NCBI RefSeq assembly: GCF_006345805.1 | Contig: NC_042997.1 | Location: 24,676,001 to 24,740,000, forward strand | Length of the DNA: 64,000 nucleotides | Direction of reading: 5' to 3' | Source of the DNA: Octopus sinensis | Lineage: Eukaryota | Shown: positions 37,639 to 51,420 of the stretch, piece after piece | Numbering within the stretch: the first letter of the stretch is position 1 | How the letters are laid out: the number at the start of each line of letters is the position of its first letter | Position numbers and translations under genes: made by a program | Notes under the pieces: generated by a model | What the model was told of the DNA's origin: nothing | The model's database searches: none | The model's input: the letters and a program-made list of their open reading frames with translations, nothing else

Positions 37639-38033
37639 TCTTTATATATAAAAGTGAAGTTGTGTGTCTGTCTCCTACGATTTAGATTCCTAACTACTCC
37701 CACATTTTGCGGTGCAGTTTAACCAAAACCTGGTATCTTATAGTCGTGATTCATATTGAGCCCTTCTGGGTATTAGCGCGCGTCTACGATGAGTCTACGA
37801 TTTAAAAAAGAAATTACCATCAATTTTTTCCATTTTTAATGCATTTTTGGCATATATAAAGGAAGTAACTCTCTAAAAATTTATTATTAAATCTCAGAAC
37901 GTAAAAAAAGCTACAGTAACAACCCCCCTTTGTGGTTCGCCATATTGAGATGGCTATTATACTTTACATCTCTAAAAATGCTTATATAGTTATTTCCCTT
38001 ACAACCCCGAGCAACGCCGGGCGATACTGCTAG
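37639..38033 (+). mobile_element. Non-autonomous Helitron
   Basis: A|TC...CCCGAGCAACGCCGGG...CTAG|T; internal homology to 42302 and 45622 copies. Confidence 0.85.
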
Positions 38034-38804
38034 TTACATATATAAATAGAGAGAGAAAAAACATACACACACACACACGTCCTCGCTAATACACACATAT
38101 ATAAAATATGTATGCAAACACACATTCATACACGCCCTACATGCATACACATAGGCAAATGAGCGGGAATAGACTGATCTACTACTGAATATGTGAAACA
38201 GGCGAAAAAATTATATTTGGCTACATTTCGAAGTCACTGTCTATTGAGAACATATGTAAAAACACAGACTTAATCACGCATATACGTATACGCTGCTTTG
38301 TATGTACACACACATACATAACACTCACATACACACACACACAGAGAAATAAACATGCATACACACCCACAGAGACACACACACATATACACAACACACA
38401 CACACACATGCACACACAAATACACACACATATTTTTAAGCACGTGTGCGTGTGTAAGCATAGTTAACAACCATAGCCGCTGAACAAAACATCAAAACTG
38501 ACAGATAGCTATTTATTGAGTGCAAAGCCAGTTCTTTTGCAACGCTATACATCGAAGTTCAACTTGACGCTTCTTAAATTGGAATGGAATGTGGCCAATT
38601 CGGCCTTCTATTTTTCCACTGATTTCTTCCTCGGTTACTTCTTTCATTTATTAATTCTTCTACCTTCCACTAACATTAAAGTTTAGTTTTTCTCTTCGCT
38701 ATTCGGTCATTTTCTCATTTATGTGTTTTGCTATCGAATCCAGTTTTTCACATTGTTATTTTTGTTTATTTATTGATTCTTTCGTACTTGTGTGTGTAAG
38801 TGTA

Positions 38805-39207
38805 CAGGAGTGGCTGTGTGGTAAGTAGCTTGCTAACCAACCACATGGTTCCGGGTTCAGTCCCACTGCGTGGCATTTTGGGCAAGTGTCTTCTGCTATA
38901 GCCCCGGGCCGACCAATGCCTTGTGAGTGGATTTGGTAGACGGAAACTGAGAGAAGCCTGTCGTATATATGTATATATATATATGTGTGTGTGTGTGTGT
39001 ATGTGTTTGTCTCCCTAGGATTGCTTGACAACCGATGCTGGTGTGTTTACGTCCCCGTCAGTTAGCGGTTCGGCAAAAGAGACCGATAGAATAAGTACTG
39101 GGCTTACAAAGAATAAGTCCCGGGGTCGATTTGCCCGACTAAAGGCGGTGCTCCAGCATGGCCGCAGTCAAATGACTGAAACAAGTAAAAGAGTAAAAGA
39201 GTAAGAG
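38805..39207 (+). mobile_element. SINE family B
   Basis: Homology to other B copies. Confidence 0.9.
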
Positions 39208-39493
39208 TATACACACATACATATTGATATAGAGAAAAATGCATACATACACACATACAGATCTACACATATATGTACATATATATATGCATATACATTA
39301 GCGCACGCACGCATCTCTGCTCGAAATGGGGAGAACTGATGAAGGGTCGTTCTTTGTATTCTTTGTAGCACTCCTCTTGTTTTCTATTTTTTTCTCTCGA
39401 TGTTTTTGTCTTTATCTCATTTGTATTCGTATTTCACGTTGTTTACTGTTAATGACGTCCTCTACCCATATACACACACATATATATGTGTAA

Positions 39494-39560
<67 letters not shown>

Positions 39561-39781
39561 TATTATATATATACTATTCATATTATTTAATTGAACGCCG
39601 GTCATCCATTTCAAAGTATGTTTATATATTGGCGCAGGAGTGGCTGTGTGGTAAGTAGCTTGCTAACCAACCACATGGTTCCGGGTTCAGTCCCACTGCG
39701 TGGCATCTTGGGCAAGTGTCTTCTGCTATAGCCCCGGGCCGACCAATGCCGTGTGAGTGGATTTGGTAGAAGGCTGTTGTA

Positions 39782-39843
<62 letters not shown>

Positions 39844-40290
39844 CTATTCATATTATTTAATTGAACGCCGGTCATCCATTTCAAAGTATGTTTATATATT
39901 GGCGCAGGAGTGGCTGTGTGGTAAGTAGCTTGCTAACCAACCACATGGTTCCGGTTCAGTCCCACTGCGTGGCATCTTGGGCAAGTGTCTTCTGCTATAG
40001 CCCCGGGCCGACCAATGCCGTGTGAGTGGATTTGGTAGAAGGCTGTTGTATATATGTATATATATATATATATATATAGATATATATATATATATGTATA
40101 TGTTTATGTGTCTGTGTTTGTCCTCCTAGCATTGCTTGACAACCAATGCTGGTGTGTTTACGTCCCCGTCACTTAGCGGTTCGGCAAAAAGAGACCGATA
40201 GAATAAGTACTGGGCTTACAAAGAATAAGTCCCGGGGTCGATTTGCTCGACTAAAGGCGGTGCTCCATCATGGCTGCAGTCAAAATGACT
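39561..40290 (+). mobile_element. SINE B with a 270-bp tandem duplication of its 5' flank and first half
   Basis: ATACTATTCA...GGCGCAGGAG...GGTAGAAGGCTGTTG repeated at 39571 and 39841. Confidence 0.85.
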
Positions 40291-40865
40291 GAAACAAGTA
40301 GAAAACAAATATATATATATGTGTGTGTATGTGTGTGTGTGTGTGTGTGTGTTCGCGTGTATATATATATATATATATATACACGCACGCACATACACAT
40401 ACATAATACATACATACATGCATACATACATACATACATACATACATACATACATACATACATAAATACATACATACATACATGTATGCATACATACATG
40501 TATGCATACATACATATAACCAAGATGGTGGCAATGTACAGGCGAATGAACGGATGTATTCAGAGAACTTTTAGATCATAGTATCAGGATATTATGCTGG
40601 TCCTATGGAGGACGTTTACCTCCAGACGTCCTCCTCTCGACTAAGATCACTCCACAATATGAAGTTAATAGCGAGACATGAAGCAACTTAACGGCACTAC
40701 GCTAAGAAAATTGCTATGATGATTCAATTGAACTACTGGTGTATTAAATCACATGTAGCAAAACAACCGGATTCTACATCAGAAGTACCATCAGACAGTT
40801 ATAAGTACGGATTAAATAACACTTCCATGCTAATATACCTTTGGTAAAAAAACATCTGCAGAAGT

Positions 40866-41256
40866 GTGGATATGGTGGCACTCCGTCGGTTACGACGACG
40901 AGGGTTCCGGTTGATCCGAATCAACGGAACAGCCTGCTCGTGAAATTAACGTGTAAGTGGCTGAGCACTCCACAGACACGTGTACCCTTAACGTAGTTCT
41001 CGGGGATATTCAGCGTGACACAGAGAGTGACAAGGCTGGACCTTTGAAATACAGGTACAAAAGAAGCAGGAAGTAAGAGTGAGAGAAAGTTGTGGTGACA
41101 GAGTACAGTAGGGATCACCACCATCCCCTGCCGGAGGCTCGTGGAGCTTTAGGTGTTTTCGCTCAATAAACACTCACAACGCCCGGTCTGGGAATCGAAA
41201 CCGCGATCCTATGACCGCAAGTCCGCTGCCCTAACCACTGGGCCATTGCGCCTCCT
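40866..41256 (-). mobile_element. SINE family C with a 44-bp target duplication
   Basis: 40822-40865 matches 41257-41300 with one mismatch. Confidence 0.9.
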
Positions 41257-41722
41257 CTTCCATTCTAATATACCTTTGGTAAAAAAACATCTGCAGAAGT
41301 ACGTCATTCATGACATCCAAATTTCAATTGAAGCTACAGACAGTAAATATTTATTGATTTACAATAATGATAAGGCTTTCTGCCAGTTCACGGTTACCTC
41401 TTCACTTAGTAAAAATCATACCGAAATGGATATCTAGCAGTCCAGAGAGGCCGCTTTCAGTTGATAATAGTGCATCTTCCCATTTTGCGATAAGTGAAAC
41501 TTTTTCTCCACGATAAACGGCAACGAAATGGCTTTTGAACTAACCTAACGTTTATATATATATATATATATAGGAATAGAATAACCCAAGTGTTGTGGAA
41601 ACATATTGCTATCTCTAGCGATGTAGATGTTTCAGCACCCTTAGTCACATTTAGTAACGATTGAACTTTTCCTTTATGATATTATAGCGAGCCGACTTGT
41701 TTATAATTAATTTATCTATATA

Positions 41723-42124
41723 TGGCTGTGTGGTAAGTAGCTTGCTAACCAACCACATGGTCCCGGGTTCAGTCCCACTGCGTGGCATCTTGGGTAAGGT
41801 GTCTTCTGCTATAGCCCTGGGCCGACCAAAGCCTTGTGAGTGGATTTGGTAGACGGAAACTGAAAGAAGCCTGTCGTATATATGTATATATATATGCGTG
41901 TGTGTGTTTGTGTGTCTGTGTTTGTCCCCCAAGCGTTGCTTGACAACCGATGCTGGTGTGTTTATGTCCCCGTTACTTAGCGGTTCGGCAAAAGAGACTG
42001 ATAGAATAAGTACTGGGCTTAAAAAAGAATAAGTCCCGGTGTTGATTTGCTCGACTAAAGGTGGTGCTCCAGCATGGCCGCAGTCAAATGACTGAAACAA
42101 GTAAAAGAGTAAAGAGTAAAAGAG
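41723..42124 (+). mobile_element. SINE family B
   Basis: Homology to other B copies. Confidence 0.9.
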
Positions 42125-42301
42125 TATATCTATCTATCTGTCTGTTTGTGTGTGCATACACACACACACATACACACCAATTGTTTGTTTTGCTTAAATT
42201 ATTCTTCGTCATTATGCTGTGGCTCCCGATTTCAGTGTTTTAAAATTTTGTTCAGATCTTTTCGAAGAAATTTTCTCGTTCTAAAATAGCTTTATTCTAT
42301 A

Positions 42302-42640
42302 CTAACAGTATCGCCCGGCGTTGCTCGGGTATGTAAGGGAAATAACTATATGAGCATTTTTAGAGAGTTATAGCCAAAAAATAGCAAAAAAAAATGCATT
42401 AAAAATGGAGAATAAATGATGGTAAATTTTTTTTAAATCGTTGACTCATCGTAGACATTTTTAGAGAGTTACTTCCCTTATATAATAGCGAAAAAAGTGC
42501 ATTAAAATGGAAAAAAATGATGGTAAATTATTTTTAAAATCGTAGACTCATCGTAGACGCGCTGCACCGCAAAATGTGGGAGTAGTTAGGAATCTAAATC
42601 GTAGGAGACAGACACACAACTTGACTTTTATATATAAAGA
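42302..42640 (-). mobile_element. Non-autonomous Helitron with internal partial duplication
   Basis: Reverse complement of the 37639/45622 family; 3' end reads TTAG. Confidence 0.8.
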
Positions 42641-42872
42641 TTACATTGACAATCTCTGTATGTACAGTATTTTTAAGTGTAAATCTTATTTCGGCTGTTC
42701 ACGATCTATTCCGGTTATGTTTTCTGACGTTGCCAGTGTAAACTTAACGACTAACATTTTGGTATTTGTGTCGTTTTTGCCCGCTGATGACGGTGACAAA
42801 TATGTGTTTGGATTAATAACTTCATGTCTAGTGGAAGAATTGTTAACATCCCAAGAAACATATAGGTTATAT

Positions 42873-43295
42873 AAGGCGGCGAGTTGGCAGAAACGTTAGC
42901 ACGCCGGGCGAAATGCGTAGTCGTATTTCGTCTGCCGTTACGTTCTGAGTTCAAATTCCGCTGAGGTCGACTTTGCCTTTCATCATTTCGGTGTCGATAG
43001 ATTAAGTACCAGTTACGCACTGAGGTCGATATAATCGACTTAATCCGTTTGTTTGTCCTTGTTTGTCTCCTCTGTGTTTAGCCCCCTGTGGGTAGTAAAG
43101 AAATAGGTATTTCGTCTGCCGTTACGTTCTGAGTTCAAATTCCGCCGAGGTTACCTTTGCCTTTCATCCTTTCAGGGTCGATAAATTAAGTACAAGTGAC
43201 GCACTGGGGTCGATGTAATCGACTTAATCCGTTTGTTTGTCCCCTCTACGTTTTGTCTTCCTTATTTGTCCCCTCTATGTTTTGTGGGCAATAAA
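42873..43295 (+). mobile_element. SINE A array of two units
   Basis: One head; junction AAAGAAATA|GGTATTTCG near 43105; AAGAAACATATAG repeated at both flanks. Confidence 0.85.
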
Positions 43296-43316
43296 GATAT
43301 AAGAAACATATAGATA

Positions 43317-43720
43317 GCAGGAGTGGCTGTGTGGTAAGTAGCTTGTTTACCAGCCACATGGTTCCGGGTTCAGTCCCACTGCGTGGCACCTTGGGCAAGT
43401 GTCTTCTACTATAGCCTCGGGCCGACCAAAGCCTTGTGAGTGGATTTGGTAGACGGAAACTGAAAGAAGCCCGTCGTATATATGTACATATATATATGCG
43501 TGCGTGTGTTTGTGTGTCTGTGTTTGTCCCCCTAGCATTGCTTGACAACCGATGCTGGTATGTTTATGTCCCCGTTACTTAGCGGCTCGGCAAAAGAGAC
43601 CGATAGAATAAGTACTGGGCTTACAAAAGAATAAGTCTCGGGGTCGATTTGCTCCATTAAAATGCGGTGCTCCAGCATGGCCGCAGTCAAATGACTGAAA
43701 CAAGTAAAAGAGTAAAGAGT
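43317..43720 (+). mobile_element. SINE family B
   Basis: Homology to other B copies. Confidence 0.9.
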
Positions 43721-44313
43721 ATAATATTTTTTGAATTTAATTTTCCAGTCTTATTTCTCTATTTTCTATTTATAAGTTATAATTGCATTCCCAAATTTGA
43801 ATATATTCGCTTTTATTGCACCTTTTCTTAAAGGTGTCCACGTGTATATACATATTTACTTACATATATATACATACATGTATGTGCGTGTGTGTGTGTG
43901 TGTGAGAAAGAGAGAGAGAGAGGGGGAGAGAAAGAAATTACTGGTAGACCCGTATTTTCTTTCTTTCGTTCGTTCGTTCTTAAAGAACATAGCGTTAAAC
44001 TACGAATAGTTTTAAGCATTTGTGGAACGGTTTTACATTCGATGCTGTTTAAAGGGATGCTGAGGGACGCTGAAATTTCAAGACTAACAACATCAAGCAG
44101 AATACGAGATTTATAAAATGCCACGAGCTGAGATCTGGGTAAAAACCTCACTTGCCTCGTCAAGTGTGAGATTATCAAGACAACGAAATACTCACTTATA
44201 GTTCACGTTATGCTATCTTGTTCTCTTGTCAAAAATTCTATCTTGAAATATCAGTTACCTACCATTTTCTCAGAAATTCTGTCTCACTGTGTTCTCCTTG
44301 GAATACCCGATTT

Positions 44314-44371
<58 letters not shown>

Positions 44372-45051
44372 CTCATACACATACACGCACACATATGCAC
44401 GAACATGCAAATATACACCCACCCCCCTACATACGCAAACATATTCTTCTTTCTTCTCTTTCTCACTGACTTTCTTTCTATCTTTTTCCTTCGTTCACTC
44501 ATTCACTGCCTCTGCCATAATTTTATCAGTAGTTTGTCAGTTATGGGTCGTAATTTTTTAGCAGATGTTACCTCAGATAAGCCATACTGTTGGACCTACA
44601 TATCTGTCACAGTCAATGTACTACTATCTAAAATGATGTATTGATATACTCATGAGGGGAAAACGTTTCTGACCCCTAGAGATACATATACGATAATAAT
44701 AATAATAAAAAAAAAAGAGACATCAAGTTGATTGATAGTCCCTATGGAAACGAGACGTGCCGAGTCTTCATCATTATTCATATGGATTGGCAGATGACTG
44801 GGCAAAATTCTTTGCAGTTCTGTCCTAATACATTCTGAAAGCTACTCCGATTTCCTTCGAATAGAAATGTCCTGTTTTCGAATAAAATGACGTAACTAGC
44901 GTCGGGTTCAAATTTCGGTACAAGGCCGGCATTTTCGAGGTAAGGAGTAAGTCGAATACATCGGCCCCGATATTTTATCCACCTCTAAATGATGAAAGTC
45001 ATGGAAGTTAGTAAAAAAAAAGATAAGGTTACTTTCTCGAGTTATGGCGAC

Positions 45052-45274
45052 TCATAAAGGCCGTTTTCCTGGTTTCTATGGAGTATAAATTCCCCACCAG
45101 GATGGGACACCGATCTGTCGCAAGATTACTCATTCTTGCCAGATGAGTGGACTGGAGCAACATGAAATGAAGTGTCTTGCTCAAGAATACAAAGCGTCGC
45201 CCGGTCCAGGAATCGAAACTACAAACTTACGATCAGGAGTCCAACACCCTAACTACTAAGCCGCGCGCCTCCAC
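45052..45274 (-). mobile_element. SINE with E-type head and V-like (D) tail
   Basis: GAGCAAGACACTT/CCAGTCCACTCA segment as in 49457 copy; GTGTCCCATCC...AGAAACCAGGAAA tail as in D. Confidence 0.7.
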
Positions 45275-45621
45275 AAGGTCATAGTAGACAGCGGAGGAAT
45301 TTGAACTCATAACGCAAAGCCGGACGAAATGCCGCTATGTATTTTGTCCGTTCCTGCTAACGATTCTGTCAACCCGCAGCCTTAATTACGTAACAAATAT
45401 CAAAAGAGAAATTTTAGTTCAATGCATCGATTTTTACTGAAACAGTCATAAACGTATACATATGTGGTGGGTTTTTGCGGTTTTCTATCACAAAATTCAT
45501 TCACAAACGAATTGGTTAAGCCAAAGCTATTACAAACATTTGTGCAAGCTTCCAAGCGGGAAGACCGTACACGAAACCAAGGTGGGTAAAAAGCGAACTA
45601 AATAGTAAAGACTTCTCATAA

Positions 45622-45917
45622 TCTTTATATATAAAAGTCAAGTTGTGTGTCTGTCTCCTACGATTTAGATTCCTAACTACTCCCACAGTTTGCGGTGCAG
45701 TTTAACCAAAACCGGGTATCTTATAGTCGTGATTCATATCGAGCCCTTCTGGGTATTAGCGCACGTCTACGATGAGTCTACGATTTAAAAACAAAAATTA
45801 CCATTTTTTTTTCCATTTTAATGCATTTTTTTTTGCTATTTTTTGGCTATAACTCTCTAAAATGCTTATATAGTTATTTCCCTTACAAACCCGAGCAACG
45901 CCGGGCGATACTGCTAG
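45622..45917 (+). mobile_element. Non-autonomous Helitron
   Basis: A|TC...hairpin...CTAG|T. Confidence 0.85.
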
Positions 45918-47089
45918 TTATATATATATAAAGAACTCGAACGAATTTTCAAAAGGTTATTCTGCGCCAGATGTTCAAATAACATAACTAACAGAAACAA
46001 GTAGAAAAAGTCCATGAGTGGGACAAGGAAGATTGGATTAGCTTGATCTCTCACTCTGTCTCCCTCCTCTCTCTCTCTGTCTCCCTCTCCTCTCTCTCTC
46101 TCTCTCTCTCTGTATATATATATATAAATACAAAATGGGACAAGAACGCAAAATATCCTGACAACTAGGTGATACAAAAAGGGACAACAAAACATCCAGA
46201 TAAACGATTCAAAGAAACAAGGACGGGTCATTCGAAGCTTTCTATCCTCAGTCAAGTACCGGATCATCCTCGCAATTTCGGCTGATTAATCTCGACTATA
46301 ATATGTACATATAATTACAGGCATACATACACATATATACTGAGGTATACACAGACACATATAAACAGATATATATATTAATTTTTGTTTTTATGTTCAG
46401 CTAAAAGTACAAAATTATTAATCTTTAATAAGATTAGTATCGATAGTAATTCCAAAGCTTCGGTCAGCTAATCCATGATCTAGAATACATTGAGTACACA
46501 CACACACATACACACACACACACGCGCGCGCACACACACAGGTAGGTAAATAGATAGATACATAAATAGTCATATGTGTGTGTGCATGTGTGTGTATATT
46601 GACCGTGCCTGATAAGATTTAAGCTTAACGGATATTATATGATTCGAGAGGAACTCAAACCCACCACAGACAGATAGCCGAAACTTCGAAGCCACTCTCA
46701 ACATTATAACTCACTAAAGTATAATAGCTTTGTACTCTATTAAATGAATTGAGTACTCCATTAGTTTAAAAGTAAATTAATTTTTTTTATTATAACATAA
46801 ACTCTCTCTCTCTCTCACTCACACACACACACATACACACACATAAACTATGGAGGATTTAGTTCGCTGGTGATCTAAACGAATAGGTACGCTGAATAAG
46901 TGCTATAATTGGTTATCCGTTAGGTTCCAGGTTCACGGCTTAGGCTGGTGCTAGGGATCCGTATTAGGCCTCCGAGTTAGCAGGTATATATTATATTAGA
47001 GGTAAAAGAACAAAAAAAAACCAAGGCAGGACAAGTATCTCAAGTCATTTAGAATATTTAGTTTGAGTAAGGTGAATTTGAATTTTTTT

Positions 47090-47735
47090 CAGCTGGGATA
47101 TCTCAAGTGATAGGCTAGCATATCCGTGCACTGGGTATTCCGTCATCAGAAACAAGGTGGGTATGTATAAAAGAACTAGACAAGGAAATTCACAGTCTAT
47201 AAGGAAAAAAATAATGAATAAAATAGAATATAGGAGAATAATGCAGTAAATAGTAGAATATAGACAGGAAAAATAAAGTTCACAGCTCACTTTCTTCCAA
47301 AGATTATGGAGGTTGGTTCGTACTTCTGTGAAATACTTCACTCCCTCACAGCCCATATCTGTCTATCATGATGTATGTCTTTCTCACTCTGTATACCCAC
47401 ATGGACCATTTTCATACTAGCTGACAACCTAAAAATTCTATTGCTTCAACATGAACGAAACATTCAACATACTGATTTGGTTTACCTGGGATTATACCTA
47501 AAGGCCGATGCATTCACGGAAGTACGGACCAACCTTAAAACCCTCCTTGTGGACGAAGATGATCTGTGATCTTTATTCTCCGTCTGTCTTCTTCTATCTA
47601 TTATTTTATTCATTATATTATTCCTTAAAAACTGTGAATTTCCCTGTCTAGATCTTTCATGCATACCCACCTTGTCTCTGATGACGAAATACCCAGAGTA
47701 CAGACATGCTAACCTATCCCTTGGGATATCTCAGA
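47090..47735. mobile_element. Penelope-like 3' end with inverted terminal repeat pair
   Basis: 47090-47340 is the diverged reverse complement of 47510-47735; each arm has TCTGATGACG..ATACCCAG; spacer translates to a PLE-like C-terminal stretch. Confidence 0.6.
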
Positions 47736-47774
47736 AACAGCTACAAGACTTCAAATTCCCTTCTTAAATATTCT

Positions 47775-47860
47775 TTTCTACTCTAAGCACAAGGCCCGAA
47801 ATTTTTGGGGAGGGGGCCAATCGATCGACCCGGAAATGACGAAAGACAAAGTTGACCTCA
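47775..47860 (-). mobile_element. SINE A' fragment (alternative tail)
   Basis: Tail TTTCGGGCCTTGTGCTTAGAGTAGAAAAG; TTAAATATTCT repeated at both flanks. Confidence 0.7.
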
Positions 47861-48068
47861 TTAAATATTCTAAATGACTTAAGATACCTATCCTGCCTTG
47901 ATTTTTGCTATACTTTTCCCTCTAATATGATATAATATAATAAATATGTTATAATATAATATAATATAATATATAATATATGATATATAATATAGTATGA
48001 TATAATATAATATAATATGATATAATATAATCTAATATAACATAATATTAATATAATATAACATAATA

Positions 48069-48108
<40 letters not shown>

Positions 48109-48129
48109 GTGTGTGTGGGGGTTTAGATA

Positions 48130-48266
<137 letters not shown>

Positions 48267-48441
48267 GACCCCTATATTACATACAGAGAAATATAATCAT
48301 CACCATACTGGTGGTCATAACCGACTCATAGGATCATTTTTACTGTATACATATGTATGTATGTATGTATGTATGTATACCTTGTGCTTCCGTTTCTTCT
48401 ATTTGTTAGCTTATGTCTTTCTCTGGATCTGACCGATTATT

Positions 48442-48498
<57 letters not shown>

Positions 48499-48750
48499 GT
48501 TCTCTTCAAGTATCTTGTCCTAACAATATATTTAAACAAATTGTAACTGTTTGTTTTCCTCTCCCCAACACGCATAAGTACACCCCCACACATTATTCCC
48601 CTGCTTTCACTCTGTTTACCTCTTACTATCACTCTGATTAAATCTTCACTAAATGTCAAAACCAGTTTCTTTCCTCTCACAGGACACCCCACACGATATG
48701 AGCAGTATGTACGTGCGTGTGCTTGGGTACACACACACACACACGCGCGC

Positions 48751-48784
<34 letters not shown>

Positions 48785-49456
48785 CAGAGTCTCTCTCTCT
48801 CTCTCCTTCTCTTTCTCCTTCTCTCTCTCTCCTTCTCTCACTCCCCCTTTCTCTCTCTCTCTCTCTCTCAAAAGCCCCACACACTCACACACGTACGTAT
48901 ATCGATACATACACATATTAGCGTGGGACGGCTTATAAACATTTTGAAGAAACTACTTTTTTTTTGGAGTGGGGTTGTAATATAAATAGAGGACGAATGT
49001 TATGTACTTGGTGAACCTTACTTTATACGCAAGGAGTTTACCAAAGTGAATATAGACGACGTGTTGTAAAATAAGAAGAATCCTTCATCAAATATATACA
49101 GGAGTGGCTCTTAAGACTCTCTTTCAAATGATCAGTAATACAATTTGCTGACTTGCCTTCCAGCATTTCCTTTTTCAATGAAATCGTTATTTATACGGAT
49201 AGACGAGGGAGAGCGATTAAAGGTGATTTAAAAAAAAAAAACTTTTGTAGTAGTTTTATCTATTTATGATTTTTCTGTCTGTTATTTTTATTAACATTTT
49301 AACAAAGCATGACGGTTAGTGTCTAGAATCGACAGAAATACATTGTAGTTTTTTCGTTACGATCTGTTCGTTATATTCCGATTTCATATCCTGCCAAGAG
49401 TGAATTTTGACCGCCATTTTCCTTCTGTTGATACAATAAGTGTCAATTTAAAAAAT

Positions 49457-49784
49457 CTCTTTTACTCCGCCGGTTACGACGACGAGGGTCCCAGCTGATA
49501 CGATCAACGGAACAGCTTGCTCGTGAAATTAACGTGCAAATGGCTGAGCATTCCACAGACACGTGTACCCTTAACGTAGTTCTCGGGGATAATCAACGTG
49601 ACACAGAGAGTGACAAGGCTGACCCTTTGAAATACAAGTACAACTCATTTTTGCCAGCTGAGTGGACTGGAGCAACGTGAAATAAAGTGTCTTGCTCAAG
49701 GACACAACGCGTCGCCGGGAATCGAACTCACAACCTTACGATCATGAGCCGAATGCCCTAACCACTAAGCCACGCGCCCTCACC
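49457..49784 (-). mobile_element. SINE with E-type head and family C tail, full length
   Basis: TSD CAATTTAAAAAAT at ~49444 and ~49784. Confidence 0.85.
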
Positions 49785-49976
49785 AATTTAAAAAATATAA
49801 TTGGTTCAATTTCATTTCGCTGTTCCGTTTACGTCCTTATTTCAAATTCAAACTGATGTGAAATTTGACCGTCATCAATTTGAGATCGATTAAATGGACT
49901 GAAATATAACTCAATACATTTTTATGGAGTACGTGTTAATTAGTCAATTTCAAGAGGAGTGAGAGTGAATTAGATG

Positions 49977-50591
49977 GTAAATGTTTTTATTTTTCATTCC
50001 CTTTCGAAATTACTCCTAACAGTGATGGATTTTAACTACTCCTTCTAGCGGGTTAGGTGTCCGATTATGGCCATCTCTTATGTGTTTAAATGTACTCTGT
50101 ATATATAATGAATAATATATAGTCTATTGACTAGTTTTTTTTTTACAAGCTAGGCGACGGTGGTAAAAAATTTCTAAATAATATTTTGCTACCCTGAAAT
50201 TTATTAATAATAATTTTTTGGCTAATTTTGAAAGAAAATCGCTATTATTTCTATTTACTGCCGATAAAAAACTGCGCTGGCGCGGTGAATTTCAAAAATT
50301 TTAACAAATAAGGTCAAGGCATGTTCTGTATTGCCTCGGGCTTATATATTAATCTTTGGCTTTCCTGCTGATGAGAGCTTCGCCTAGCAAATTACTTTCT
50401 TTACTGAAGATAGCTTGAAACTATGGTCCAGGAAATTGATAGTAAATGTTTTCATTTTTCATTCCCTTTCCAAATTACCCCTAAGAGTGGTCTGGATTTT
50501 AACTACTCCTTCTAGCGGGTTAAATGTCCAATTATGGCCATCTTTTATGTGTTTAAATGTACACTGTAAATATATATATATATATAATGAA
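49977..50591. repeat. Diverged local direct duplication (~135 bp, period 465 bp)
   Basis: GTAAATGTTTT...GGATTTTAACTACTCCTTCTAGCGGGTTA...GTGTTTAAATGTAC at 49977 and 50442. Confidence 0.85.
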
Positions 50592-51256
50592 TGTTATATG
50601 CAAGCATAGTTTCAAATATCGGTCTGTCTTTATTTACGTTTTCATTATACTGTTTTCTGGGCATCTCAAATACCCATCCCATAGGTTGAAGATAATCTTT
50701 TGAAAATAATTCTCACTGCCGCTTTGCAAAGATTATGATTTTGTTTGATATAGAGATCCGCGTTTTAACTGGGGATATCTAGATGTTGTTGTTTTAGATA
50801 CAGCTCAATGCTGATTCAGTTAGTTTAATGCCACAGCCATTTTACTTTTGGTTGTCCCATCTTTTCATTTCAAGACATAGAGAGTTAAAGACAACGTTAT
50901 CTAATGTGTTCCTCCTGTTTTAAAATGGTAGACTATAATTTGGGAGAAAACTGTTTCCAGAAAGTCTTTCGAGCCGGTCCAGTGAACACATCATAGATTT
51001 CAGATAGACTAGTGGTTCGTTAATTGCTTGCTAGGTGAATGCGAAAGTGTATACGAACACTTGTGTGCTCTCCTGACAAGTTATATGAGCTATCATACCT
51101 ATGTACAGAGAAGGAGAGAGAGGAGAGAGAGAGGGGAGAGAGGAGAGAGAGATAGGGAGGGAGAGTGAGAAAGGGAGACAAGAGAGAGAGAGAGGGGAGA
51201 GAGAGAGAAACATGAATACCCAGAGAAACACATTTTCATTCTTACTATATGCATAA

Positions 51257-51420
51257 GGCGGCGAGCTGGCAGAAACGTTCAAATTCCGTCAAGGTCGACT
51301 TTACCTTTCGTCCTTTCGGGGTCGATAAATTACGTACCAGTTGCGTACTGGAGTCGATCTAATCGACTGCCCCCCCCCCACCCTCACAATATTTCGGGCC
51401 TTGTGCTTAGAGTAGAAAAG
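51257..51420 (+). mobile_element. SINE A' (A head and Meta-like core, alternative tail), internally deleted
   Basis: TSD ATTCTTAC(T/C)ATATGCAT at 51238-51254 and 51421-51437. Confidence 0.85.

Noticed and set aside
40560-40720. Possible decayed RTE C-terminus with a 9-bp hairpin
   Set aside because: Similarity too fragmentary to call.
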